A DNA stretch of 64,000 nucleotides from an uncultured virus (IMG/VR IMGVR_UViG_3300008117_000046) (taxonomy: Duplodnaviria > Heunggongvirae > Uroviricota > Caudoviricetes). Positions 21,327 to 32,028 of this stretch are shown in pieces. Within the stretch, counting starts at the first letter, position 1. The number at the start of each line of letters is the position of its first letter. The position numbers and the translations under genes are program-made. Below the pieces are notes generated by a model. It was not told where the DNA came from and ran no database searches. It saw only the letters and a program-made list of their open reading frames with translations. Location of the stretch: the IMG/VR virus record IMGVR_UViG_3300008117_000046. One strand, given 5' to 3'.

Positions 21327-24300
21327 AACAAATAGAGGCGGCTAGTAAATACCCATCGGCTGGTGTTGGTTCACTAGAGGGCTCCTCTAGCCGATTCGGC
21401 GTGTCATCTCTTAGTGAGACTCAGCGTTTTCTAAGAGATGCGCGCCCGAATAGTCTAGAGGCGGCCTTGTTCTCACACAATAGGTTCCACTCGGATTTTA
21501 CCCTAGAGTTATTACACGATACTTTTAATAAAGAGAGCTTCAGAGCAATAGGCCAAGAAAGACAGGATAAATTCTATCAGAGTATGAAGCCATATATAAA
21601 AATGGCAGAGGGTATATTTACTAATGAGATAGATCTATACGATGAGGTAGGTGGTACTGTCGTAGTCGACATGACTATATCTAAGAGAGAGTCACAGGCA
21701 TTAAAGGCAGCATCTAATAATCTAAATGTCATACCCTATACCGCTAATAAGGGCCAGGGGACTACGCTGATGCACTCTAAGCTCGAGTTGATAACCAGAG
21801 AGGACGGTACTGATGTAGGTAGAGTACACACGGCCCCTTATATAACCGAGTACGGAACTAATGCCCTCGAGGTAGGAGCGGTAGTATCAGGTATCGCAGG
21901 AGCCGGCGCTATAATATCAGGCAGGGCCCCGCGACTAGGTATAGTAGGAGCTATAGCCGCCCCTCTACTCATGGGCGCTGGCGTAATGCTCAGGAATACT
22001 AATAGTAGTCTTCTTGATATAGGCCTTAAGTCTAATAAAAAGGATGTATTCTACGAAACCAGTAACCCTAAGTTTGTTACTGAACTCCGCACTTATATGC
22101 GTTCCCTAGCAGAGGGCAGGGAGCTAGATACTTCTCGCAATAGATTCATCTTAGGTGAGTCAGAGGCTATATTAGCCATGACCCGCGACGCGCAGAAGGC
22201 TAATGGCATAGTACTGAGCCCAGCAAGCTGGAGCCTAGCTCAAGCAAGAGATGATGATGGAAATATCATCAGCCGAGATAATAATTTAGATAGGAATCAC
22301 TACGCCAGACTAGAGAACTTTGAGAACACTATAGTAGAGCGGGCCTCTGACATACCAATACTAATGGCTACTAGTGGCCAGGTAGATTCCAATGTACACC
22401 ATCGTCTACATCAGGCCGGCGTTATAGCGGGCTCTAACGTAGGTACTCATTATAATAAACACCTATTTGAGAATATAGACGAGAAGGGCACCGATGCGCT
22501 TTATATGGGCACTCGACGTTTCAGTGCTCAACACAATAGGGAGATCATGATACGATTGACTAGCGAGGATGACCCCGCTGCCTTCGCGTATTATAAGGGC
22601 ATGTTATTGTCTGATAATAAGTTCAACGTCTCCGATATAGAGATGACGCAGATGGGTTATACCAATAAGTCATTTATACGTGCTACTACTGGTACTACTA
22701 TATCTCAGCTACCCAGCTTCCTGGGAGCCTCTCATTTCTATGAGGTGGCTATCAATAACGCAGCGCGCGCTCGAGTAAGCGGACACCTAGACTGGAGAGA
22801 ATCATTAGAGTCTTATACCAATAGGCCGGGCATAGCCACACAGAACTACCTAGCGCGCGCTGCGCTAAATGGGGCCCCCAGTGTTGTGCCAGACCAGGTC
22901 CGCGATTACGATAGAGCTCTATTATCGCCAGGCCTAGGCTCTCTCATTAATGAATACACTATCATGGCCGGTTTTGGCAGGCTATATAAAGATGAGGTGG
23001 GGGCCCTACCTAGTATAGCGGGGGCCTTCGGTGCAGTACTAGATAGAACACTGACATACTACGGCACGTTCTTCGACTATGATGAGACGCGCGATAGTAT
23101 GGTACCAGTGGCTGGTGTATACGAGAATGCGCTTACATTTGCTAGTAGCTTTGTAATGACTACAGCGGCCAGTATGGGGCTATACTTCAGTATAGGTATA
23201 CCCCTAGGTTACATAACTGCAGAACTAAATAAGTCGATGGTCCAGGGTACTATCGACAGCGCTGTACAGAAGACAGCAGGAAAAAGATATCCTCAGCACT
23301 TACCTATACTAGACATTGCCCCCGTCGATAATTTCGAGTTAGCTAAATACATGCAAGAAGTTCAGGGGCTTAGCGGAGGCACCCTCGACAACTATTACAC
23401 TAATCGTATAAATACACTGCCCGCTCTCAATAACCTATTTTATAGAGAGAGGGGGGCCACCTTCTTCGAGTATATAACTAAGCCCTTCATACTAGATGTC
23501 ATGAATCCCTATGAGAGAGGGAGTGCAGAGGACATTAAGCTAAGGCGCTCTGCGGATGCCTTCCATGATTCACTACGGCGCCCTATTGGTCTAGAGACCA
23601 CCTTTGAAGAGAGGTATAACCCAGTCTCGCGTGAGATGGAGCCATTCCTAGTGTCTCTCAGGGCTACTAACATAGGCTTTGAGAGACAACGAGAATTAGC
23701 AATACTAATTGACGAGGTAGGGGCTAGTCTACCTGCTGCACCCTGGCGCTGGGGATGGGGAGAGGGTAAGGAAGACAGCCGCTCCTTCGTGAGTATGGCA
23801 GAGGTATTCAGCTTTAGTGAGATGGCAGAATCCTTCCATAGAATCTTAGGTACTGGAAGCCAGAGCCTCAACTACATAGTCAGTAGTAGCGAGAATAACA
23901 CTAGCGGTATGAAGGGCCTCCTCATGCGAGGGGGCGCTATGCTAGGAGGAGTGATGCGTTCTACTAAGGCGCGCCTCCAGGGCAATAACTTATTTATGGG
24001 TATAGGGCCCATAGCAACTACTAATCTAGCTGCAGAGTATAAGGAACTCATGAAGTTAGAGAGACAGATGTTAGTAGAGAACCTACTGACATGGGAGGTA
24101 GGCATTAACGGACAAGGTAGCCGTCAGATAGGTAATGTACAAACTCTGGAGCAGCGCCAGTTAGTTGCTAAGTTTGTAGATCAGCTGATAGTCTACAATC
24201 AGGCCATACAGAGTAGTCCCTACTATCAGCAGGCAGTACAACGGGCAGCGGGGGCCACGGCAGCTCAAGAGGATCTATTCAGATTAATATCAGGGCGTAA

Positions 24301-27300
24301 TAGTCGCTTCCTAACCTCATCGTTCTTCCGCAATAAGGGTATTATAGGTGCCTCTGTATTGGCTCTTATGAATGTACAGACTGGCCTAGCTAATATACTA
24401 GATGCCAGTGGGCCTAGTTTCCTGCGTTCTATTAACCTACAGTTCGGTGATGTCGACGTAGAGGAGGTACGCTACAATAACCGCAATCTAATACTCGAAG
24501 GGCCCGTCATGGGGGCCGCTTATACAGCATTAGCAGTAGCCGGGGGTTATGTAGGTAGTGAGGTATTCGGCAGTATGGCTATTAACCGGTATAGTCTCAG
24601 CGATGAGTTGTATGCCAGTGGTAACAGTCGTCTAATATCCGCAGAGGCAGAAGGAGTACTGAAGCGAGGCACTCTAGTCAAGAAGGGTAATAGATTTATG
24701 ACGTGGGGTCTAACTACAGCAGCGCTACTATGGGCCCCCCGCGTCATCACTGGTGTAGGTAACTTTATAATGAATATCTTCAACCGTATAACAGGGCAAG
24801 AGGGGCAGGTACTAGACGAGAACTACGCAACAGTAGGTAGTCTCCAGGCATGGAAACAATCAGTACTCAATAGGGTCAATACAGGCGGGCTAGTTGGCAA
24901 TAGAACTGAGAGGACTTTAGAGGCATGGTCTGCATTCGTAGCAGGACGTATTAGTGCACACACACCAGTAGCAGCTATAAGTCAACGGGCCAAAACTATA
25001 GAGGTCTACGCGAGTCAGGCCCCCACGTCCTACATACAGTTCTTCATAGCGGAGTCACGGCGCCGTGGTTCTGAGATGGATAAGGGCGTATACAGTTATA
25101 GTATGGGGGTACAATCAGCACCTGTACTGGGTATCTCTATGAGCGTGTCAGCCCCGCTGGCCTTTGACGCTAATAAGCCCTTCGCTGAGGCCTTCATATA
25201 TAACCAGGAGAAGGATAACGTTATCAATTACATACAGAGCGCTGGTAATGTATCATTAGCAGTATCGTTAACGGCTGGGCTAGTTAGTCTGTCTGCTCTG
25301 TTACCAGAGTACGCGCGCTCTAAGATACTACGCGATCCTACGATAGGTGCGGGTGCGAAGGATCTCAGCAATAAGATGACTAACTTAGCAGCACTAGTAG
25401 ATGACTGGGGCGGCCGGGCTATGAATGTACCCATAGCAGGTGCACGAACTGCGGTTGGTTCCTTCTGGCATTACTCAGGTAAGGTAGTAGACACAATGGC
25501 GGGGTTCAGCTACGGGGCACTACAGGGATTCGACAAGCTAGATAGAAGACTAGCTAAGGTCATAGCTCTGAGTAACTTTATTGTACCCCCTGTGCTAGGC
25601 GCACTATTTGGACTAACGGGCACGAGTCCACTAACAAGTTCCCTACTTGTAGGTACCTCTCTGGCCTTCGCATATTCCTTCGCTATGAAGCACGATCCAT
25701 GGCGTAAGAAGGTAGCGGCTCTACAATCTCGTGTAGCGAGAATAACAGGTATGGAGGATATTAGGATAAGCCGCGGTATGCATACGGGTCTACGCAGATG
25801 GCGGGCCTATCGTATGCCACTACTTCTTGGCACTATAGCGGCCCTATTCCAAACTAAGACTGGGTGGAACGTAAGTGAGGGCATGGACGACAATGTCATG
25901 ACTCGACTAGCTACAGTAGGGCTCTATGCCGGCGTAAACGCTATGGCAGTAGTGGAACTAGGAGACCTCGGGCTAGACCCAGGCGCTACTATAGAGCGGT
26001 ATCGTAGAATGAGGGCCAAGGTAGGTAAGATGCACCCACTGAACCCACTAGGTATGTGGCGTAAGCTACGTCTAGCTTCTCTTGAGAGAGACATACGGTC
26101 TGACTTTAATACTGTAGAGACCTACCTATCAGACTACCGTAATAATCGACGGGGCTACCATAGCTTCGATTTACTAGATGAACACCTGAAGACAGTTCAC
26201 GGCACAGCATACCATAATGCTATGAATGAACACGGCCGGCGCCCGTCTAACTTCCAGGTACGGGACATTATAGACGAGGCAGGTAACTATAGACTAACAG
26301 ATTACAGTGAGAACCTACGCACCCTAGTAGATAGCCGAGACTACCTCAAGTATAGAAACGCCAGAATACTGGGGCCCGGCGGTAGTAGACTATTGCGTTC
26401 TGCAGCGGCACTAGGCGCCGTGAACATAGCCGCTACTGCTCTTCTATTAGGTGTGGGTGCTATATTATCTAGTTCAGGTAATCAGGAGGAAGCAACAGCG
26501 GGCTTCTATAACGCTATGGATGACACGCCACTGGAGTTCGTGTCTAATGCATTCCGTCTAGTCACACGACGGGATATAGCTGTGGCACAGGATCCCCTGG
26601 AGCCTCTGGTTGTAATGGCAGATGGCGCCTATAAGCGTAAGCGCGGCGTGCGCTTAATCAACCCCATAGAGAGCAGCGTAGGGCGTATGAGTACTGCAAT
26701 AGATAACCTACGCAACAGCTTTGTATTAAATGCCAGTAACCCATTTATGAGTGTCCTAGTATTTGGTACTAGTGTACGAGAGGGAGAGCTAGGCTCGCGT
26801 CAGACCTTCTACATGCAGCTACAGTCTACTAACCAGGACATCAGTACGGCAGTATATTCTACAGCGCCAGCCTATATGTTCAAGATGGTCAAGGCAGGGG
26901 CCATGGGCCAGCTATACGCGCGCGACTACCGTAAGGCTAATATAACTGATGCCTCGATGAATAACTTATCAGAGGATCAGCGCAAGTTTATGGCCATCAG
27001 CGTAGTCAGTCTAACAGCACGATTAGACCCATTGACTGATAAGAACCGCCGGCGCGTAACTAGCCCATTCAATAGAGCCAGCCTGGCCCTCTATAGAGCG
27101 GATCCGTTGATGAACATAGCGTTGAGTAGTCGCCTGCAGGTAATACGCAACTTCGCATATCAGCGGCCTGAGTCATTAGTATCTGAGATGACTAATCTAG
27201 GTAATCCTGATGGTATGAATCCCCGGGATAGTAAAAAACCCAAGTCATATCTAGACACGCTAATTGCATCGCTGAGTAAGGGAGACATGCGACTGTTAGC

Positions 27301-30004
27301 AGAAACTGCATTCCCTAGTCTGGCATCCAGAGTGGCTAACCCCCTCAACTTCGTACAGTACGAGAACTTCATTAAGTACTCGTCGGAACGGCGTACAGGA
27401 GGTAGACGGGTAGATATATATGCTGCAGATGGAGACTGGCTGGAGATGGGCGCGCCTAGATCAATGAGGACAGAGGAGAGCAATATCCTGGGTATGATAG
27501 GGTCCTTCTTAGTTAACTTCTGGGGTAAGATACCACTAATCAACACACCCATTATGACGAGTCTAGCTGGGGGCGTTGCAGCCACTATGATTGCGGGCGC
27601 GATAGGCGCGATGATGAGTTTATTTGGCGTACTAGAGGGAGGGAGGCAGGCACGAGCCATAGATAACGTTATGACTGAGCTGCGTGTTCTATGGGCCGGT
27701 GAGAGGGCGGAATACTTTGTTATAACGGCACCTCAGGCTAAGAGTCCCCTAGGAGAGAACCGTATGAAGTATGAGGTGAAGCGCGGCCGCTTCACTTATA
27801 CGCTACACGCTAGTCCACCTGATGGCATGGGCGGAGAGGTAGGGAAGAGAATAGGTTATTTCCTCAATAGTTTTATGAGTATGACTGCAAATGACGAGAT
27901 GGATACTCTAATGGCACGCGTATACGATGCCCCTATTATAAACGAGAGCACTGTGCGCAGTATAACTGATAGGGATGATCTAGTACGTAGATTAGTAGAT
28001 AGTCTAGATGACACTATAAGCCGCGGGCCCGATAGCTTCCTAACTAAGATACTAAACCTACTAGATAGCGATATATCAATTAATAATGGGCCCGCCCCGT
28101 TCTCACAGAAGGCCTACTCACTACTAGGATTAAGCGAGGAGACATTCAAGATACAGTATGGAGATGCTGACTCATTCCTAAGACGTCGTATACGCGAGGT
28201 CATCAAGGAGACGATAGAGCGCGAGGTTATACGTAAGATATCTCTTAACCCCGACCCTGGTGATGCCTTCATGATATCATCACGCTTCCGTGGTCTGACA
28301 TCAGACGAACAGATACGCATCATAAGCGCTAACGTACTAAATGAACTAGGCTTCCTATTTAAGGATATCAAGGAGAAGGCGCTGATAATGGCTGGGGCCA
28401 CTACTGATATAGAAGTATTACGTAGTCGCAATCAGAGAGTAGAGGACTGGGCCAATAAGCAGGGTGGCATTATAGATATAGAGCGGAAGAAGGCACCTCA
28501 ATGGAAGCGCATATTTCACTGGGATAGCGGTAAGGCCCCCATAGCTGACCCTTCAGAGATAAAGGTCTACCCATTTTTTAAGGCGCGGCTCAGCGCACGG
28601 GGATCGCTTCAGGCATTAGGCGGCGGCATTATGACAGCCTGGGGTGGCATAGAGAGTCTAGATGTAGGTAGCGCATTCATGAGACTCGGCCGATCTCAAC
28701 GGGATGAGCTATACACTGAGGCAGAGAAACAGCTACTTGAGGAGCATGCCGGTATGACAGTGCGTAACTCCATAACTGGTATAGTCACAGGTCTAGTGGC
28801 CGCTAAAGCAATAGGAGCTATAGGCGCGGCAGTCATAGGCGCCCCTCTAATAGCAGCAATAGGAGTGGTAGCAATAGGTGTAGGTATAGCAACAGGACTA
28901 TTTGCGTGGGGCTATAAACACCTAGAGGCAGTCACCAAGGGCGATGCCTGGCAGGACTTCAGTCAAGCTAGTGAGAGATTCTGGACCGGCGTAGATAGAG
29001 CTATAGGCGACATAATCGGAGATAAGATACCCGGCTTTCTATCACTAGGTAATGATCAGGTAAAGGGCGTCATTACATCAGCTATAGGTACGGCACTAGG
29101 TGTAATGTCACTAGTCGGGGCGGCTGCAAGCTGGTTCAAAGGCGCGGGCTGGGGTCTAATAGCTAAATCAGGCCTGGGGGGCCTCCTAGGAGGAACGGCC
29201 ATATCTGCTGTCCCAGGCGTACACGAGACACTGGCTCGTGGTAGTAGTGCCGCAGTAGAGGGTATGGGTAAGATAACAGGGCTGAACATGTTTGTCACGC
29301 CAACAGATTATCTACTAGCGCGTTATAAAGAAGGGCCAGGCGGTATGACACTAGCTATGCCGGGGCGGGCCTTTCAATACAACGCGGATAGATGGGCCGA
29401 AGCTAGCAATGACTCTGCTGGTAATAGGACGGCAGCCATGCTGCTACCGACGCCTGCTGGAGGAGATAGTAACATACAATTACTAGATCCATTCACAGAG
29501 AGAGAGATAGCACGACGGGCCCGTCTCTTCAACGTAGAGATATTCGGACAGACCAGCTGGGTCAAGTCAGCGCGGGCCAGTAGTGATTGGGGCTCCATAA
29601 AAATATACGCTAGGCAGCAGATGCTAGGCCAGTATAAGAACAACATAGCGGCTATTCGCGCTACTGTATCAGACACTATGAATAAGCTAGCCCAGTCAGC
29701 TACTCCTTATAGTGCAGAGGTGGCCCGTCTAGCCATAGCTGTCAGTAAGACAGTAGGCAGGCCTGCACCAGCTACTCAATCTCGAGCCATTATAAGCAAT
29801 AATGGTAACTTCAATCCCGAGCTCAAGGAGATAGCAGAGGAGGCAACACGGCGGGGCCATATAGCACTAATATCTCAGGAGACCAGCGCCGAGCAGAATG
29901 GTAATACAGTAACAGTCACAACAAGACCCAGTGACGATAATAGTCTCTGGGTCAATAGGTTAGATGGTAAACTTGATAGAGAGGCAATGCTACGCATGGG
30001 CTAG
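21308..30004 (+). CDS. Giant 2898-aa virion protein (tape-measure or ejection-protein-like) with multiple hydrophobic segments
   Basis: Uninterrupted 8.7-kb ORF; many Gly/Ala-rich hydrophobic helices, e.g. IGAIGAAVIGAPLIAAIGVVAIGVGIATG; last gene of the structural arm. Confidence 0.6.
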   Translation: MESDLLKQIEAASKYPSAGVGSLEGSSSRFGVSSLSETQRFLRDARPNSLEAALFSHNRFHSDFTLELLHDTFNKESFRAIGQERQDKFYQSMKPYIKMAEGIFTNEIDLYDEVGGTVVVDMTISKRESQALKAASNNLNVIPYTANKGQGTTLMHSKLELITREDGTDVGRVHTAPYITEYGTNALEVGAVVSGIAGAGAIISGRAPRLGIVGAIAAPLLMGAGVMLRNTNSSLLDIGLKSNKKDVFYETSNPKFVTELRTYMRSLAEGRELDTSRNRFILGESEAILAMTRDAQKANGIVLSPASWSLAQARDDDGNIISRDNNLDRNHYARLENFENTIVERASDIPILMATSGQVDSNVHHRLHQAGVIAGSNVGTHYNKHLFENIDEKGTDALYMGTRRFSAQHNREIMIRLTSEDDPAAFAYYKGMLLSDNKFNVSDIEMTQMGYTNKSFIRATTGTTISQLPSFLGASHFYEVAINNAARARVSGHLDWRESLESYTNRPGIATQNYLARAALNGAPSVVPDQVRDYDRALLSPGLGSLINEYTIMAGFGRLYKDEVGALPSIAGAFGAVLDRTLTYYGTFFDYDETRDSMVPVAGVYENALTFASSFVMTTAASMGLYFSIGIPLGYITAELNKSMVQGTIDSAVQKTAGKRYPQHLPILDIAPVDNFELAKYMQEVQGLSGGTLDNYYTNRINTLPALNNLFYRERGATFFEYITKPFILDVMNPYERGSAEDIKLRRSADAFHDSLRRPIGLETTFEERYNPVSREMEPFLVSLRATNIGFERQRELAILIDEVGASLPAAPWRWGWGEGKEDSRSFVSMAEVFSFSEMAESFHRILGTGSQSLNYIVSSSENNTSGMKGLLMRGGAMLGGVMRSTKARLQGNNLFMGIGPIATTNLAAEYKELMKLERQMLVENLLTWEVGINGQGSRQIGNVQTLEQRQLVAKFVDQLIVYNQAIQSSPYYQQAVQRAAGATAAQEDLFRLISGRNSRFLTSSFFRNKGIIGASVLALMNVQTGLANILDASGPSFLRSINLQFGDVDVEEVRYNNRNLILEGPVMGAAYTALAVAGGYVGSEVFGSMAINRYSLSDELYASGNSRLISAEAEGVLKRGTLVKKGNRFMTWGLTTAALLWAPRVITGVGNFIMNIFNRITGQEGQVLDENYATVGSLQAWKQSVLNRVNTGGLVGNRTERTLEAWSAFVAGRISAHTPVAAISQRAKTIEVYASQAPTSYIQFFIAESRRRGSEMDKGVYSYSMGVQSAPVLGISMSVSAPLAFDANKPFAEAFIYNQEKDNVINYIQSAGNVSLAVSLTAGLVSLSALLPEYARSKILRDPTIGAGAKDLSNKMTNLAALVDDWGGRAMNVPIAGARTAVGSFWHYSGKVVDTMAGFSYGALQGFDKLDRRLAKVIALSNFIVPPVLGALFGLTGTSPLTSSLLVGTSLAFAYSFAMKHDPWRKKVAALQSRVARITGMEDIRISRGMHTGLRRWRAYRMPLLLGTIAALFQTKTGWNVSEGMDDNVMTRLATVGLYAGVNAMAVVELGDLGLDPGATIERYRRMRAKVGKMHPLNPLGMWRKLRLASLERDIRSDFNTVETYLSDYRNNRRGYHSFDLLDEHLKTVHGTAYHNAMNEHGRRPSNFQVRDIIDEAGNYRLTDYSENLRTLVDSRDYLKYRNARILGPGGSRLLRSAAALGAVNIAATALLLGVGAILSSSGNQEEATAGFYNAMDDTPLEFVSNAFRLVTRRDIAVAQDPLEPLVVMADGAYKRKRGVRLINPIESSVGRMSTAIDNLRNSFVLNASNPFMSVLVFGTSVREGELGSRQTFYMQLQSTNQDISTAVYSTAPAYMFKMVKAGAMGQLYARDYRKANITDASMNNLSEDQRKFMAISVVSLTARLDPLTDKNRRRVTSPFNRASLALYRADPLMNIALSSRLQVIRNFAYQRPESLVSEMTNLGNPDGMNPRDSKKPKSYLDTLIASLSKGDMRLLAETAFPSLASRVANPLNFVQYENFIKYSSERRTGGRRVDIYAADGDWLEMGAPRSMRTEESNILGMIGSFLVNFWGKIPLINTPIMTSLAGGVAATMIAGAIGAMMSLFGVLEGGRQARAIDNVMTELRVLWAGERAEYFVITAPQAKSPLGENRMKYEVKRGRFTYTLHASPPDGMGGEVGKRIGYFLNSFMSMTANDEMDTLMARVYDAPIINESTVRSITDRDDLVRRLVDSLDDTISRGPDSFLTKILNLLDSDISINNGPAPFSQKAYSLLGLSEETFKIQYGDADSFLRRRIREVIKETIEREVIRKISLNPDPGDAFMISSRFRGLTSDEQIRIISANVLNELGFLFKDIKEKALIMAGATTDIEVLRSRNQRVEDWANKQGGIIDIERKKAPQWKRIFHWDSGKAPIADPSEIKVYPFFKARLSARGSLQALGGGIMTAWGGIESLDVGSAFMRLGRSQRDELYTEAEKQLLEEHAGMTVRNSITGIVTGLVAAKAIGAIGAAVIGAPLIAAIGVVAIGVGIATGLFAWGYKHLEAVTKGDAWQDFSQASERFWTGVDRAIGDIIGDKIPGFLSLGNDQVKGVITSAIGTALGVMSLVGAAASWFKGAGWGLIAKSGLGGLLGGTAISAVPGVHETLARGSSAAVEGMGKITGLNMFVTPTDYLLARYKEGPGGMTLAMPGRAFQYNADRWAEASNDSAGNRTAAMLLPTPAGGDSNIQLLDPFTEREIARRARLFNVEIFGQTSWVKSARASSDWGSIKIYARQQMLGQYKNNIAAIRATVSDTMNKLAQSATPYSAEVARLAIAVSKTVGRPAPATQSRAIISNNGNFNPELKEIAEEATRRGHIALISQETSAEQNGNTVTVTTRPSDDNSLWVNRLDGKLDREAMLRMG

Positions 30005-30085
30005 GCCCTCGTGTCAGGAATCCCCAGCATTATTAGCTTGACTCAATCTACCCTAATAAGCTAAGATGGAGGGATGGACAAGCAT

Positions 30086-30118
30086 AGAGCCAGTACCCTT
30101 GCGGGTGCTGGCTCTTTT
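30086..30118 (+). terminator. Intrinsic terminator after the structural arm
   Basis: Hairpin agagccagtaccc-ttgc-gggtgctggctct followed by a T run. Confidence 0.75.
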
Positions 30119-30302
30119 CTAGCTTTGCATTATCGAGATTAGCCCTTTGCTTACGGCGTAGCTGTCGGGAAGATTCATCCCTATGACTACGTTTTTATCT
30201 ACACCATCAACGAACTAGCAAAACGTCAGGGGGGAGATAATCAAGACGGGAAGCGATAGGTAGAACGTTTAATGTCAAGCTGGGCAGTGTGACAACACTC
30301 AA

Positions 30303-30497
30303 CTAGCTTTTTGTAAACGTTATTTGAGATTCAGACACTTCTAACGTATTTAGAGGAATTAACCCCTCTAAACTATAACCATCTTCTCCTTCAGGATTGG
30401 AATAATGTTCAACAATAGTACCCAAATCACTCTGACTTAAACCATACTCAGGTAAATCTTCAATTAAACGAACTTGGGTAAATAAACTAAATTTCAT
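30303..30497 (-). CDS. DUF4926-like small protein
   Basis: V.LIEDLPEYGL...DLGTIVEHY....GYSLE; SD AGGAGG; host-like codon usage. Confidence 0.7.
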   Translation of the reverse strand: MKFSLFTQVRLIEDLPEYGLSQSDLGTIVEHYSNPEGEDGYSLEGLIPLNTLEVSESQITFTKS

Positions 30498-30578
30498 GCT
30501 CTAACCTCCTTAGCAGTAGCGAATAAACTATGTTTATAGTGCTTCCGCACACCATCGCCATCGTCTACCTCAAGCATT

Positions 30579-30842
30579 CTATTGTTCCATCTGAGATACC
30601 TCCCGCCGTGATAGTTCGTTTTCAATGAGCTTACCTCTAATTTTCAGATGAAATGGGCGATGACTAGACCAGATAATAGCGCAATAGATAAAGCCTATTC
30701 GAATGTCCTGATAGAAGGTATAACCGCATCTATCATAATTAATGGAACCACCTAGGCCAAATATAAATGTACTGATGAATACATTGAGGCTATTATAAAG
30801 AAAGTATTCATCTAATATATGCGTGCTATATTGTGATGCCAC
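30579..30842 (-). CDS. Hypothetical protein
   Basis: Likely GTG start overlapping the upstream TAG (TAGTG); the longer track ORF overlaps the next gene. Confidence 0.4.
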   Translation of the reverse strand: MASQYSTHILDEYFLYNSLNVFISTFIFGLGGSINYDRCGYTFYQDIRIGFIYCAIIWSSHRPFHLKIRGKLIENELSRREVSQMEQ

Positions 30843-31552
30843 TATGCGAGGGGCTCCAACGTATTGAGGAGTGTCTTGGCCATCTGTATACGCCGGTAGA
30901 TACGACTCGCTATAGCTGGATTCTCCTTGTTCACCTCCTCTATTACAATTTGCTTGAATCGGTCTATGGCCTCGAATTGCTTGACAGTCTCCATCAGTGC
31001 GCGCGCATCCTTCAGTAGTTGGCGCTGTTCCTGCAACATAGTTACCCATATTTCCTCCTTGACTTTCCTAGCCTTAATAAATGGCTCATCATCAGCCGAC
31101 TCGAGAGCTATAATACCTGCTTTAAGATCATTGAATATAGTCTGTAGCTGCGTCTGAGTATCAAATACAGAGCCATATGGATAGTTCACCCTTTCCATTA
31201 TAGGCGCGCTTCTATAAGCGGTTATCCATTCACCTACCTCGCGCGCTGTAAGATCAACCCCGTGCATAGATAAGGCGCGGGATATATCGCTCTCACTGGA
31301 GCCCTTCTCTATTAACTGCACGACAAATTCTGTCATCCCACAAGCATCAATAGGATGGCGGAGAGCCACCTTATAGTTATCCAGTGGTTCAGATATTACA
31401 GGGTCATTGAATAATCTCTCTAGAGCTACTAACCGCTCCCAGAGGGGCTGCCATTCAATAGTCCCTATAAGCTGCTTACTATCAAGTAGACTACCAAAGT
31501 CATCCTTCCAGTCCCGCAGTTCCTGCAGTATATTAGTGTAGTCTGCCATCAT
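30842..31552 (-). CDS. Hypothetical helical protein, possible HTH
   Basis: 236-aa ORF; KGSSESDISRAL segment. Confidence 0.55.
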   Translation of the reverse strand: MMADYTNILQELRDWKDDFGSLLDSKQLIGTIEWQPLWERLVALERLFNDPVISEPLDNYKVALRHPIDACGMTEFVVQLIEKGSSESDISRALSMHGVDLTAREVGEWITAYRSAPIMERVNYPYGSVFDTQTQLQTIFNDLKAGIIALESADDEPFIKARKVKEEIWVTMLQEQRQLLKDARALMETVKQFEAIDRFKQIVIEEVNKENPAIASRIYRRIQMAKTLLNTLEPLA

Positions 31553-31979
31553 CTACCACGCTATTCAAGTAATCAGCGGCTGTATAGACATTACCCTCGA
31601 CGATCTCAGGGATCTCGATGCGCTTATCCTCTTCCTCCATCTGCATACGAATATCAATGGGGCCTAATACAGGCATGATATCAGGATTAATCAGATAATT
31701 AAGTAATTGGATAGCAAAAGCATCAAACTTACGCTTAATGGTACTACTATCTACATTAAGACCGCCCGCAATGTCATTGCGACTGCGCTGCGTAGCCCAG
31801 AGCCAGGCAGCATGCCTGTATATGTCCGGGCTAGTTCTCATAATTAAATACATGCACTTACGCACTGTCTCATATGAGAATGTTCGATTGTAACAAGCAG
31901 ACTCGAAATCAATCTGCTGATAGAACTTCTTACGCAGATAATTCTTTACTTCATCAAGCCAGGGGTTAGGTTTGGGCAT
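31533..31979 (-). CDS. Putative HTH DNA-binding protein
   Basis: SRNDIAGGLNVDSSTIKRK is an HTH-like segment. Confidence 0.55.
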   Translation of the reverse strand: MPKPNPWLDEVKNYLRKKFYQQIDFESACYNRTFSYETVRKCMYLIMRTSPDIYRHAAWLWATQRSRNDIAGGLNVDSSTIKRKFDAFAIQLLNYLINPDIMPVLGPIDIRMQMEEEDKRIEIPEIVEGNVYTAADYLNSVVDDGRLH

Positions 31980-32028
31980 ACATATCCTCTATATACCCAT
32001 TAATCTTATCGTACTAAATACCAGTATG

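Noticed and set aside
1506..29676. Many antisense ORFs in the structural arm and + strand ORFs in the replication arm
   Set aside because: They are shadows of longer motif-bearing genes, with no independent signals.
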